NCBI GenBank assembly: GCA_038063555.1
Contig: JBBTUX010000010.1
Location: forward strand, 22,936-86,935
Origin: Patescibacteria group bacterium
Lineage (GTDB): Bacteria > Patescibacteriota > Minisyncoccia > Phycocordibacterales > JAKFXT01
Length of the DNA stretch: 64,000 bases
Direction of reading: 5' to 3'
How positions within the stretch are numbered: position 1 is the first letter of the stretch; each line of letters opens with the position of its first letter. Below are positions 53,296 through 61,929 of this stretch, in pieces. The notes below the pieces were generated by a model. That model saw only the letters and a program-made list of their open reading frames with translations, was not told the origin of the DNA and did not search any database. Position numbers and translations under genes: made by a program.

Positions 53296-53763
53296 ATGAT
53301 TCGCATCCTTCTGGCCACTTTCGTGGTGGCGCTGCTACAAGGCTGTGCTGGAATGGGAGGGCTTAACGCCCCTGACTCCGGCACATACGGCTATTTCCAG
53401 AGTGACTTCTCAATAAGTGAGCCGAGTTGCCAAGCCGTTCGTGTCCAAAGTGGTTTTTGGGCCGCAACGGAATGCCAACGCGCTTACAACCAACGTGTGA
53501 TGTCCAACCGCCAAGCCTTAGCCGCGGATCAGCGCTCACAGGCATATCAGTGGGCAGAACTTTGCGCTGAACACGCGTGGGTTGGTCCCAACGGGTTTGT
53601 AATTTACCCGTCGCAATATTGTGTGCCACGCAACCCGTATGAGAGCCAGCTTCGCGATTATGCCCAAAATCTTGGGCGTGATCGTGCTTTCCAAAAAGCG
53701 CAGATGGACAGAGATCTTCGGGATCAGGCGGCGCGACGCACGGGGGACGCTTATGTCCGCTGA
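53296..53763 (+). CDS. Putative secreted/lipoprotein encoded in a GC-rich (~58%) island
   Basis: MIRILLATFVVALLQGCAG is a signal peptide with a lipobox-like LLQGC. AAAGGA sits 8 nt before the ATG. Composition is strongly atypical for this locus. Alternative start at 53275. Confidence 0.5.
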   Translation: MIRILLATFVVALLQGCAGMGGLNAPDSGTYGYFQSDFSISEPSCQAVRVQSGFWAATECQRAYNQRVMSNRQALAADQRSQAYQWAELCAEHAWVGPNGFVIYPSQYCVPRNPYESQLRDYAQNLGRDRAFQKAQMDRDLRDQAARRTGDAYVR

Positions 53764-53812
53764 AAGCGGACAGAAGCGGGGTCGGATGGGAGAAATTCCT
53801 CCGGCCTTTTTG
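53764..53812 (+). terminator. Hairpin(s) + T-tract terminator ending the GC-rich island
   Basis: GTCCGCTgaaaGCGGAC ... GGAGaaattCCTCCGGCCtttttgtttttc. Confidence 0.55.
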
Positions 53813-53841
53813 TTTTTCTTAATTAGAGGTAATATCGCAAA

Positions 53842-54279
53842 ATGGTACTAAAAATAGAAAGTTTAAAAGAGTTAAAAAATTTCTCTAAGAAATTTCTTAA
53901 AGAATTAAATCCAGTAAAAACTGGCGCCACTATTTTAGCGCTTCAGGGAAATTTAGGAAGCGGTAAAACTGCTTTTGTAAAAGTTTTGGGAAAGAATCTT
54001 GGTATTAAAAAAACCATAATTAGTCCCACTTTCATTATTATGAAACTGTACGATATATCGTACAAAAATTTTAAAAAACTGATTCATGTTGATGCGTACA
54101 GATTGGAAAAAGAAAAAGAGTTGGAAGTTTTGGGTTGGCAGGAAATTTTGAAAAACCCAGAGAATTTAATTGCTATTGAATGGCCAGAAAATGTTTCAAA
54201 AGTTATTCCCCAAAGTGCCAAAAAACTTAAATTTAAATTTGTTGATGAAAAGACACGAAGTGTAAAGTCCGAGATATGA
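53842..54279 (+). CDS. tsaE: tRNA threonylcarbamoyladenosine biosynthesis ATPase TsaE
   Basis: Walker A ILALQGNLGSGKTAFVK...HVDAYRL. The last codons lie within a GAGTTAYGA repeat arm. Confidence 0.7.
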   Translation: MVLKIESLKELKNFSKKFLKELNPVKTGATILALQGNLGSGKTAFVKVLGKNLGIKKTIISPTFIIMKLYDISYKNFKKLIHVDAYRLEKEKELEVLGWQEILKNPENLIAIEWPENVSKVIPQSAKKLKFKFVDEKTRSVKSEI

Positions 54280-54355
54280 GTTACGAGATATGAGTTATGA
54301 TAAAGGCATAAGAAGGTGAACAATTTTTAATATCGTAACTCCTAACTCATAACTC
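54270..54355. repeat. 'Empty' GAGTTAYGA hairpin element between tsaE and polA
   Basis: Left arm gagatatgagttacgagatatgagttatga, loop ~32 bp, right arm tcgtaactcctaactcataactc, then aaaatttcagtgtATG (the polA start). Confidence 0.6.
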
Positions 54356-54368
54356 AAAATTTCAGTGT

Positions 54369-56831
54369 ATGGCAAAAATCTCAAAAAAAGAAAAAGCTGA
54401 AAGTAGCGCCAAAGCCAAGCGTTTGGTTCTCCTTGACTCTCACGCTATTTTGCACCGTGCCTTTCACGCGCTTCCAGATTTTTCTACAGGGAAAGGTGAG
54501 CCAACAGGAGCCCTTTATGGACTTTCAGCCATGCTCATTAAAATAATCAATGATTTAAAGCCAGATTATGTTGCCGCTTGTTTTGATTTAGCGGGGCCAA
54601 CCTTTAGACACGACGCTTATGAAGGATACAAGGCGAAGCGCATAAAAACTGATGACAATTTAATTACGCAAATAAATAGAAGCCGAGATATTTTCAAAGC
54701 GTTCAGTATTCCAATTTATGAATACGCTGGTTTTGAAGCCGACGATATGCTCGGGACAATTGTAGAGCAAGTATCCGCCAAAGGCGGATTCGCCTCTGGC
54801 GGAAAAGAAATAGATGTAATTATTGCTTCAGGGGACATGGACACTATGCAATTAATTAATGATAAAAAAGTAAGGGTTTACACTCTCAAAAAAGGAATAA
54901 ATGACACTATAATTTATGATGAAAAAGCCGTAATAGAAAGGTTTGGTTTTCCACCCAAACTTTTGCCGGACTACAAAGGGCTTCGTGGAGACCCGTCGGA
55001 TAATATTATTGGTATTGCTGGAATTGGAGAAAAAACAGCCACGGATTTGATTGTTAATTTTGGCACAATTGAAAATATTTATAAAAAGTTAAAAAAAGAT
55101 AAAGAAGCATTTGTTAAAGTTGGTATTAAAGAAAGAATAATAAAGTTGCTTGAAGAGGGGGAAGAAGAGGCGGAGTTTAGCAAGGAATTGGCCACCATTA
55201 GAAAAGACGCGCCCATTGAGTATAAAATTCCAAACGAAGAGTGGACCAAGCAATTTAAAATTGAAGAAGCACTGTCTTTGTTTTCTGACTTGGAGTTTAG
55301 GGCCCTGTCTCGGCGCATAAAGGAGGTTTTTGGAAAAAATGTCCCGGCACCCGAAGAGACGCCTGAAGGGATCGGGACCTCCACCTCTGAAAGTATTCAG
55401 AGCGTCGGGGAGAGTGACATAAAGGAAGTTGGCCTTGCTCTTTGGGTTATTAATTCTAATTACACTAATCCGACACAGGACGACATTTATCATTACGCTA
55501 AAACAAATGAATTTGAAAAAGCCAAAAGTATTATTTTTGCCGAAATAAAAAAGCAAAAGCTGGATTTTATTTACGAAAAAATAGAAAAACCGCTTATTCC
55601 CATTTTGAAAAAAATGCACGAAAGAGGCATTCAGGTTGATACTAAATATTTAAAAGAACTTTCTAAGGAATATACTATTGAATTGCAAAAGTTTGAGAAA
55701 GTTATATATCGTCATGCTGGTTTTGAATTTAATATAAATTCTCCGAAACAACTTGGTGAAGCGCTTTTTGAAAAAATGGGATTGGGTTTAAAAAATCAAA
55801 AGAAAACTTCAACTGGGCAAAAATCCACGCGCGAGTCCGAGCTTGAAAAAATGAAGGAATTGCATCCAATAATTGCCGAGATTCTTTCTTACCGAGAATT
55901 ACAAAAACTCCTTTCAACTTACATAGACAATATTCCAGAGATGGTTGGCGTTGACGGTCGTTTGCATTGCGATTTCATTCCGACCGGCTCTACCACAGGA
56001 CGCTTTTCTTCGGCAAATCCCAATATGCAAAATATCCCAATAAAAACAGAGCTAGGAAGGAGAATCAGAAGCGCTTTTATTGCCGAAAGAGGATTTCTCT
56101 TGGCATCCTTTGACTATTCACAAATTGAACTTAAAGTTGCCGCTTTTCTTTCGGGGGACGAAAAATTGATTGAAATTTTTTCCTCCGAAGGCGGATCCGC
56201 CTCTGGCGGAAAAAGGGCAGATATTCATACATCGGTCGCAGCCCAGGTTTTTGGTGTGCCAGAGGAATTGGTGGACAAAGAAATGCGTCGCCAAGCTAAA
56301 GTGATAAACTTCGGAATTCTTTATGGAATGGGAGTGAATGCTTTAAAACAAAATCTAGGAACAAATAGAGCGGACGCCCAGAAATTCTATAATGATTATT
56401 TCAAAAATTTTTCAGGTATTGCCAATTATTTAAACAAAGTGAAAGCGGAGGCCTTTAGAAAAGGTTATACGGAAACATTTTTTGGCCGCCGCCGCTATTT
56501 TGAGGGAATTAAATCACCCCTTCCCTTTATTCGTGCGGCGGCGGAGCGTATGGCTATAAATGCGCCAATTCAAGGGACGCAAGCGGATATTATAAAAATT
56601 GCTATGAGTAGAATTGAAGAAATGATTAAAAAAGAAGGATTGGAAAAAGAGGTTTTTCCGCTTCTACAAATTCACGACGAACTTATTTATGAAATAAAAG
56701 AGGATTTAATTGAGAGTATTGCTCCCAAAATTCAGAAAATTATGGAAGATGTAATTTTACCCAAAGAAATTTATGGAATTAGGCTTAACGCCAGCTTCTC
56801 AAAAGGTAAAAATTGGGGGGAGATGTATTAG
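54369..56831 (+). CDS. polA: DNA polymerase I (5'-3' exonuclease + polymerase domains) with two in-frame palindromic-repeat insertions
   Basis: 5' nuclease motifs (...LLDSHAILHRAF..., GIAGIGEKTA). Polymerase motifs DYSQIELKVAAFLS, RRQAKVINFGILYG, QIHDELIYE. Inserted GGFASGGK (54783-54802) and GGSASGGKR (56190-56209). Confidence 0.9.
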   Translation: MAKISKKEKAESSAKAKRLVLLDSHAILHRAFHALPDFSTGKGEPTGALYGLSAMLIKIINDLKPDYVAACFDLAGPTFRHDAYEGYKAKRIKTDDNLITQINRSRDIFKAFSIPIYEYAGFEADDMLGTIVEQVSAKGGFASGGKEIDVIIASGDMDTMQLINDKKVRVYTLKKGINDTIIYDEKAVIERFGFPPKLLPDYKGLRGDPSDNIIGIAGIGEKTATDLIVNFGTIENIYKKLKKDKEAFVKVGIKERIIKLLEEGEEEAEFSKELATIRKDAPIEYKIPNEEWTKQFKIEEALSLFSDLEFRALSRRIKEVFGKNVPAPEETPEGIGTSTSESIQSVGESDIKEVGLALWVINSNYTNPTQDDIYHYAKTNEFEKAKSIIFAEIKKQKLDFIYEKIEKPLIPILKKMHERGIQVDTKYLKELSKEYTIELQKFEKVIYRHAGFEFNINSPKQLGEALFEKMGLGLKNQKKTSTGQKSTRESELEKMKELHPIIAEILSYRELQKLLSTYIDNIPEMVGVDGRLHCDFIPTGSTTGRFSSANPNMQNIPIKTELGRRIRSAFIAERGFLLASFDYSQIELKVAAFLSGDEKLIEIFSSEGGSASGGKRADIHTSVAAQVFGVPEELVDKEMRRQAKVINFGILYGMGVNALKQNLGTNRADAQKFYNDYFKNFSGIANYLNKVKAEAFRKGYTETFFGRRRYFEGIKSPLPFIRAAAERMAINAPIQGTQADIIKIAMSRIEEMIKKEGLEKEVFPLLQIHDELIYEIKEDLIESIAPKIQKIMEDVILPKEIYGIRLNASFSKGKNWGEMY

Positions 56832-56852
56832 TTGTTGTAATTACTGGAATAA

Positions 56853-57392
56853 GTGATAATAGAAAAAATATTTATGAAACAAAATGATTTTGCTGAAAGT
56901 ATGCTTAAAGGGCGTATGGCGGAAACTCTTTTTGAGGGATTAATGAAAGATTCAGGAAATAAAGTATATAGATTCGGCTATGAAGCAATTACTCAAAATC
57001 TTGTTCAGCTCGGAGAAAGTTTTGATAAATATGGGGAAGTAAGTGAAAAAATAAGAGCTATTCCGGACTTTATAGTCATTGATAAAAAGGGAAAACCACA
57101 ATTTGTTGAGGTAAAATTTAGATGGGAACCAAACGAACCACTTTACGATCAAAGTGTCGGTATTCTTAATCGCGTTGCGAAGTATTGGAACGCCCCCGTT
57201 GTTTTTATGAATTGTTGGGAACAACCATTTTTTCGAGTCAGTGTTCCTCCATATTTTGATAAAAATAAAAGATTAATATATAAACCAATAACATCAATTT
57301 CTGAATGGAGTATTGAGCAGAAGATTTACAACAAATATGAAAATTTGATCCACAAGTACTTAACCCCAACACTAGTTCCTCCCAAAAAATAA
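56853..57392 (+). CDS. Hypothetical protein, possible PD-(D/E)xK-type nuclease fold
   Basis: ...IPDFIVIDKKGKPQFVEVKFR... fits a D...E-x-K pattern. Start may be 56874. Confidence 0.3.
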   Translation: MIIEKIFMKQNDFAESMLKGRMAETLFEGLMKDSGNKVYRFGYEAITQNLVQLGESFDKYGEVSEKIRAIPDFIVIDKKGKPQFVEVKFRWEPNEPLYDQSVGILNRVAKYWNAPVVFMNCWEQPFFRVSVPPYFDKNKRLIYKPITSISEWSIEQKIYNKYENLIHKYLTPTLVPPKK

Positions 57393-57395
57393 AAC

Positions 57396-58085
57396 ATGCT
57401 CTACATTTTCTATGGAAACGATAGGTTGAGAGCTTTAAAAGCAACTGAGGCAGTTTTAGAAAAATCTAATTCCAGTAAAAGAATTTCCTTTGATGAAAGT
57501 TTGGAAAATCCAATAGAGCTTTTATCATTAGCTACGATTAATGATTTATTTGCCGAAAAAACTTTTATTAAATGTGATGGAGTTTTGGAAAGTGCTTATA
57601 AAGAAGAAGTACTTAAATACACAGAATCATTTCAAGAATCTCAAAACACCTTTGTTTTTTTGGAAAATGCTATAAAAGCAGACACGCTTAAGATTTTAAA
57701 AAAGCATTCGGAAAAAGTAGAAGAATTTAAAATAATTGATAAGAAGAAAGAAAAATTTAATATTTTTGAAGTTAGCGATGCCTTTGGTTTGCGCGATAAG
57801 AAAACTCTCTGGGTTTTATATACCAAAGCATTGGATGCTGGAAAAAGCGGAGAAGAAATTGTCGGCACTATCTTTTGGCAATTAAAATCAATGCTGCTCG
57901 TTTCAAAGGGCGATGCTTCAGGACTTAGTCCATTTGTGGCAAATAAGGCCAAACAATTTTTGAAAAATTACAAGAGCGAGGAAATAGAAAAAATGTCCTT
58001 TGATCTCTTAAAACGTTATCACGAATCTCGTCGCGGGCGTTATGATTTAGAAACCACCCTAGAAAGATTTATTCTTTCGGTTTAG
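57396..58085 (+). CDS. holA: DNA polymerase III delta subunit-like (HolA-like)
   Basis: N-terminal MLYIFYGNDRLRALKATEAV resembles HolA (lYGeD.f.l). Right size and context after polA. Moderate confidence only. Confidence 0.4.
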   Translation: MLYIFYGNDRLRALKATEAVLEKSNSSKRISFDESLENPIELLSLATINDLFAEKTFIKCDGVLESAYKEEVLKYTESFQESQNTFVFLENAIKADTLKILKKHSEKVEEFKIIDKKKEKFNIFEVSDAFGLRDKKTLWVLYTKALDAGKSGEEIVGTIFWQLKSMLLVSKGDASGLSPFVANKAKQFLKNYKSEEIEKMSFDLLKRYHESRRGRYDLETTLERFILSV

Positions 58086-58094
58086 AAAACAATA

Positions 58095-58125
58095 CCCCGC
58101 GCGAAGCGCGGGGCTTTGAAGCATG
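58095..58125. terminator. Bidirectional GC-hairpin terminator
   Basis: aataCCCCGCGCGaagCGCGGGGctttgaag. Confidence 0.6.
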
Positions 58126-58158
58126 GTGCAGTTAAGAGATGTCCCCTCCAGGTCTAGC

Positions 58159-58494
58159 TTAGGTTTTCGTGAGTGCCCCCTGAAGCTTTTGGATTGCTCC
58201 AGCCCGTATGGGCTCGGGCACATCCTCGAGAAGGCGAGCTAGTTCGGAGACGTGTTTGTCTACCTCACTGTTCAACCTGGACGCTTCTCTCGTTATCCTT
58301 TCGGTGATGTGCCCAGGAAGATCCTCAGCATTTTCCCATAGATCGATCGATGCGATAGTTCCGTTGCCGAACCCAGAGGCTCCCCGACCGAGCACCACTT
58401 TTTCGGCGAGATGCATGTTCGAGACATAACCCACAATTGATCTGTCGCGACCGTCTACACCGCAGTCCCAGCACTGAAAAATCGGTTTCATCAA
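58159..58494 (-). CDS. Hypothetical protein encoded in a GC-rich (~52%) island
   Basis: 111-aa ORF (MMKPIFQCWDCG...) with composition distinct from the flanks. Confidence 0.4.
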   Translation of the reverse strand: MMKPIFQCWDCGVDGRDRSIVGYVSNMHLAEKVVLGRGASGFGNGTIASIDLWENAEDLPGHITERITREASRLNSEVDKHVSELARLLEDVPEPIRAGAIQKLQGALTKT

Positions 58495-58571
58495 AGACTC
58501 CTACGTTTACGAGAAAAGACTCGCTCTGAAAGCTAGGTTACTCTTGCAAAAGAGAAAGTCAATTATTAATA

Positions 58572-59729
58572 CTAATTCCGGCTATTAAGCCAGAGTTTTT
58601 CGTAGAAGTAAGTTACTACCGCTCCAAATGAGATTAGCCAAATGAGAGCAAGTATTAACCAGCCCAAAATCGGAATAAAGCAAAGGAGAGAAAGGACTAG
58701 AGCGCCAATGGTTATTGTCTTCCAAGAGAGGTGAAGTGCCTCATCTCTTTTTACCCACTTTGCAATTAAAGATCCTGCTACAAGCGCAGTCGAGGCCTTG
58801 GATAGAATTATCAATAGGGCAAACACAGCAAGGACACCCCAACCTATAAACCAGCCCAAAATTGTTGCAAGAAGTATAATTCCCGCAATTGGCATAACGA
58901 TTGCCGTTATAAAACCGCGAAGCATTGATTGGCCGGTTTTTGTGAGAGAATTTGTTGTTACTTCATTTGCAAACTTTGGCATAAAGAAGAAAAGAAAAAG
59001 TGCGCCTATAAGCATCATTAGAAATGAAGTGGTGGCAAAACCGGCAATAAGAGCTCCAACCCAAGAGGCAGAATTCTTGTTTTCTTTTACGCCTCTGCCA
59101 GCTTTTTCTTCAAAGGTTACTTTGCCAGTAACTACTCCTGTAGGAATTTCCACTTCTTTTTTAGATTTATAATTTAAATTACCTTTTATTTTTGCGTCTG
59201 GTCCGAAAGAAAGTTTTTCATCCGCTTTTACAGAAACATCTCCGTTTATTGTGCCGTTTATAACAATTTCTCCACCTATTATGCGGGCTGTTTTTGCGGC
59301 AATTCCATCAAAAGTAACTATGCCGCCCGCTATAATCAGATCTCCGCCAATATTTGTTTTTGAAGAAATGGTGACGGTGCCTCCAGCCACCATCAAATCT
59401 TTAACAATTAAAGAGTTCACCAAAACATTACTTCCTGCAATACGAGCGTCCCCGCCAACTGCGCCAAGAAGAGAAACTGTGGCTCCTAGAAGCCAAGCGT
59501 CATCAGAGATATTTTCTGAAACCAAAACAGTGGCTCCAGCCGCAAGAGCGTCCCCAAAGATTATTTGTTGAATGGAAACGCTTTTTCCAGCCACATAAAC
59601 ATTTTCGCGAATTTCCGTGTCTCTCTTAACCGAAACATTCCCATCTTTTTCGTGCAAAAAGAGAGCGGCGTTTGTCGAAAGGGGGAGAAATAAGCCCAAG
59701 ACAAGAGAGGTCAAAAGAATCTTTTTCAT
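58572..59729 (-). CDS. Secreted beta-helix-repeat (bactofilin-like) protein with C-terminal polytopic membrane domain
   Basis: Signal peptide, then repetitive G-rich beta-strand repeats (...AGATVLVSEN...GATVSLLGAVGGDARIAGSNVLVN...AGGTVTISS...) typical of bactofilin-like (DUF583) folds, then 4-5 TM helices. Confidence 0.45.
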   Translation of the reverse strand: MKKILLTSLVLGLFLPLSTNAALFLHEKDGNVSVKRDTEIRENVYVAGKSVSIQQIIFGDALAAGATVLVSENISDDAWLLGATVSLLGAVGGDARIAGSNVLVNSLIVKDLMVAGGTVTISSKTNIGGDLIIAGGIVTFDGIAAKTARIIGGEIVINGTINGDVSVKADEKLSFGPDAKIKGNLNYKSKKEVEIPTGVVTGKVTFEEKAGRGVKENKNSASWVGALIAGFATTSFLMMLIGALFLFFFMPKFANEVTTNSLTKTGQSMLRGFITAIVMPIAGIILLATILGWFIGWGVLAVFALLIILSKASTALVAGSLIAKWVKRDEALHLSWKTITIGALVLSLLCFIPILGWLILALIWLISFGAVVTYFYEKLWLNSRN

Positions 59730-59902
59730 ATGTTTATAGAGTTATACTGCCTTTTAATAATAACATGTCGTCACAAGTTTTTTCTTGCTAGAAAAACTCG
59801 CGACCCGACAAGACAATATAGTGCCTAAGCACTTTTTGTCCGCGACCGCCACGCTCCGGCTCGGACAAGTTTTAAACTTTGTCCCACAAACTTTAAAACT
59901 TG

Positions 59903-59974
59903 TCCGCCCGGGAGGAATCGAACCTCCGACCAATTGCTTAAAAGGCAACTGCTCTACCCCTGAGCTACGGGCGG
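59903..59974 (-). tRNA. tRNA-Lys (anticodon TTT), no encoded CCA
   Basis: Reverse complement CCGCCCG-TA-GCTC-AGGGGTA-GAGC-A-GTTGC-CTTTTAA-GCAAT-TGGTC-GGAGG-TTCGATT-CCTCC-CGGGCGG-A. Followed on the minus strand by a palindromic hairpin at 59848-59902. Confidence 0.85.
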
Positions 59975-60023
59975 TTAATCAATAGTGTAGCAATTTACAA
60001 TAGAATTCCCCAAAAGAGAAGGT

Positions 60024-60431
60024 TTATAAAGGCAAATCAAGCGCAATAGCACCGGCGCCAAAATAGATTAAAGAAAAACAAACGGCGCCAAAGAGAACAA
60101 AGAAAAGAATACTTTCTTGTTCGGGGGATTCCTTTATAATTTTCATTGTAATTATAAGCACAGAAAGAACTCCCAAAATAAGGGCGGCAATTTGCGTAAA
60201 AAGTCCTATGATTAAAAGAATGCCGCAAACCAGTAAAATAAAACCAAAAATAAAAGAAAAGAATTTTCCAGGCATTAATTTAAACTTGGCAAATACCTCG
60301 CTATTGTGATTACGTTCTTTACCCAAAGCGCGACTAGCCAAAACTAAAGTAATTATGCCAATCACAATACGTAACACGGAAATAGTTACAAACCAATAAT
60401 TGAGTGCATTTTCAAAAACAGAAAATATCAT
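60024..60431 (-). CDS. DoxX-family membrane protein
   Basis: 135 aa, 4 TM. ...LRIVIGIITLVLASRALGK... is DoxX-like. Confidence 0.5.
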   Translation of the reverse strand: MIFSVFENALNYWFVTISVLRIVIGIITLVLASRALGKERNHNSEVFAKFKLMPGKFFSFIFGFILLVCGILLIIGLFTQIAALILGVLSVLIITMKIIKESPEQESILFFVLFGAVCFSLIYFGAGAIALDLPL

Positions 60432-60481
60432 TATGATATTCTAACATAATGATATAGAGCGTAGAACATGGAACATAAAAC

Positions 60482-60979
60482 ATGAAAAAGGAGATTTGTT
60501 TAATACTGGACAATATTAGAAGTGCAGAAAATGTGGGCTCCATTTTCCGCACCTCGGACGCTGTCGGAGTTTCTAAAATTTTTCTTATTGGCATAACGCC
60601 TTGCCCCATAGATAGATTTGGCAGAGAAAGAAAAGACATTGCTAAATCTGCTTTGGGAGCAGAAAAAACAATTGAATGGGAGTATCGCAAAAACGCTGTT
60701 CAACTTTTGCGGGAATTAAAGAAAAGAAAATTCTTAATAATTGCACTTGAACAAGATGAGAAAGCCCTGGATTACAAAAAAATATCCGCCAGAGGCGGAC
60801 CAGCCTATGGCTGGAAAGGGAGGACAGCTTTAATCATTGGCAATGAAGTCACGGGAATTTCCAAAGAAATATTAAAAATGAGTGATTGTGTAGTCGAAAT
60901 CCCAATGAAGGGCAAAAAAGAATCATTAAATGTTTCCGTTGCGACGGGTGTTGCCCTGTATCGTTTGCTCAAGATATAA
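60482..60979 (+). CDS. SpoU/TrmH-family RNA 2'-O-methyltransferase; contains an in-frame GGCGG-type palindrome
   Basis: ...ENVGSIFRTSDAVGV...LIIGNEVTGIS...VEIPMKGKKESLNVSVATGVALY. The palindrome CCGCCAGAGGCGG-ACCAGCCTATGGCTGG (60786-60814) encodes ARGGPAYGW. Confidence 0.75.
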   Translation: MKKEICLILDNIRSAENVGSIFRTSDAVGVSKIFLIGITPCPIDRFGRERKDIAKSALGAEKTIEWEYRKNAVQLLRELKKRKFLIIALEQDEKALDYKKISARGGPAYGWKGRTALIIGNEVTGISKEILKMSDCVVEIPMKGKKESLNVSVATGVALYRLLKI

Positions 60980-61024
60980 ACTATTCTGATATTCTGCAGA
61001 ATAGCAGAATAGTTTTAGCTCGGG

Positions 61025-61891
61025 TTAATACTCAAAATAGGCGACGGTCTGTTTATTTAAATCCTGAAGCAAAACAATTTCGCGTCTGGTATCCCAAAGG
61101 GGTTCATCATAATTTAAATATATCCACCACTGCTTACCGTAAAAATCCCTATCATTCCTGTGTTTTTTCAAACACTCGGAATAATTTATTTTGGTAGTTA
61201 CATATTGGGCGCAGTCATAGCCAAGGGAAAGCGAAGTTTCAAAATCAAGTGTCGGCACAGTACAAGAAGAAATACTGTCTATATAATCAAAACAAGTGTT
61301 TCTGTAAGTTGCTCCTATAAAAGGCAAAATTTCATCGCGCGGCGATGGACAAGAGGGAAGAGATGGATAATGATTGTATTGACCCAAATAGCCAACGCAC
61401 TTATTTTCCTTGAAAGAATAACCATTTGGCGAACGCCCTGTTATTAAATAAGCTCTGTCGCCTGGAGAAAGATAAATTGTTTCTTCTACATTCAGAACTC
61501 CGGTAAATGGCAGTATGGTCGCTTTTCTAATATCTGTTCCTCTGCCGGAAACGGCGCTTTTAATAGTAAAACCAGTGATATTTATTCTTGAGGGAGCATT
61601 ATTAGAAACCTCAATTTCCAAGTATTCATTTTTAGGGTCGCTACCGCCCAGAGACCCGGCGCGTAAAGATATGTATTCAGAAAGTGGAGAAAGTGTGCCT
61701 ATAGACTTTTTGTTTTCTACTTGCCGTTTTTCTTCTTGAGTTTGAGGGGTGTTGTTTTCAGAGGAGTTTTGATTATTGTTTCCATAATTTCCGCCCCCAC
61801 TTGGAGCTCCAGCACCTACCCAAGCCAAAGCAACAATACCTATTATTATTAAGAAAAAACCAAAATCATCCTTTGGGCCTTTGGACGCCAT
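61025..61891 (-). CDS. Hypothetical membrane-anchored Cys-rich extracytoplasmic protein
   Basis: 288 aa, N-terminal TM, Gly/Asn-rich linker, multiple Cys. Confidence 0.4.
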   Translation of the reverse strand: MASKGPKDDFGFFLIIIGIVALAWVGAGAPSGGGNYGNNNQNSSENNTPQTQEEKRQVENKKSIGTLSPLSEYISLRAGSLGGSDPKNEYLEIEVSNNAPSRINITGFTIKSAVSGRGTDIRKATILPFTGVLNVEETIYLSPGDRAYLITGRSPNGYSFKENKCVGYLGQYNHYPSLPSCPSPRDEILPFIGATYRNTCFDYIDSISSCTVPTLDFETSLSLGYDCAQYVTTKINYSECLKKHRNDRDFYGKQWWIYLNYDEPLWDTRREIVLLQDLNKQTVAYFEY

Positions 61892-61929
61892 GTGTGTTTA
61901 TAATATCAACAAATTGCCCAATTGTTGAA

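Noticed and set aside
55079-55619. Minus-strand ORFs inside polA (55079..55384, 55089..55619), inside pnp (15387..15737, 16347..16736), inside tyrS, inside the VirB6-like gene and similar.
   Set aside because: They are antisense to strongly supported long genes, AT-rich codon-bias artefacts, and have no independent features.
59848-59902. Possible additional mobile repeat near tRNA-Lys (GGACAAGTTTTAAACTTTGTCC / ACAAACTTTAAAACTTGTCC).
   Set aside because: It is a single local palindromic hairpin directly 3' of the tRNA on its strand. This is most simply a transcription terminator, and no second copy was seen in the window.
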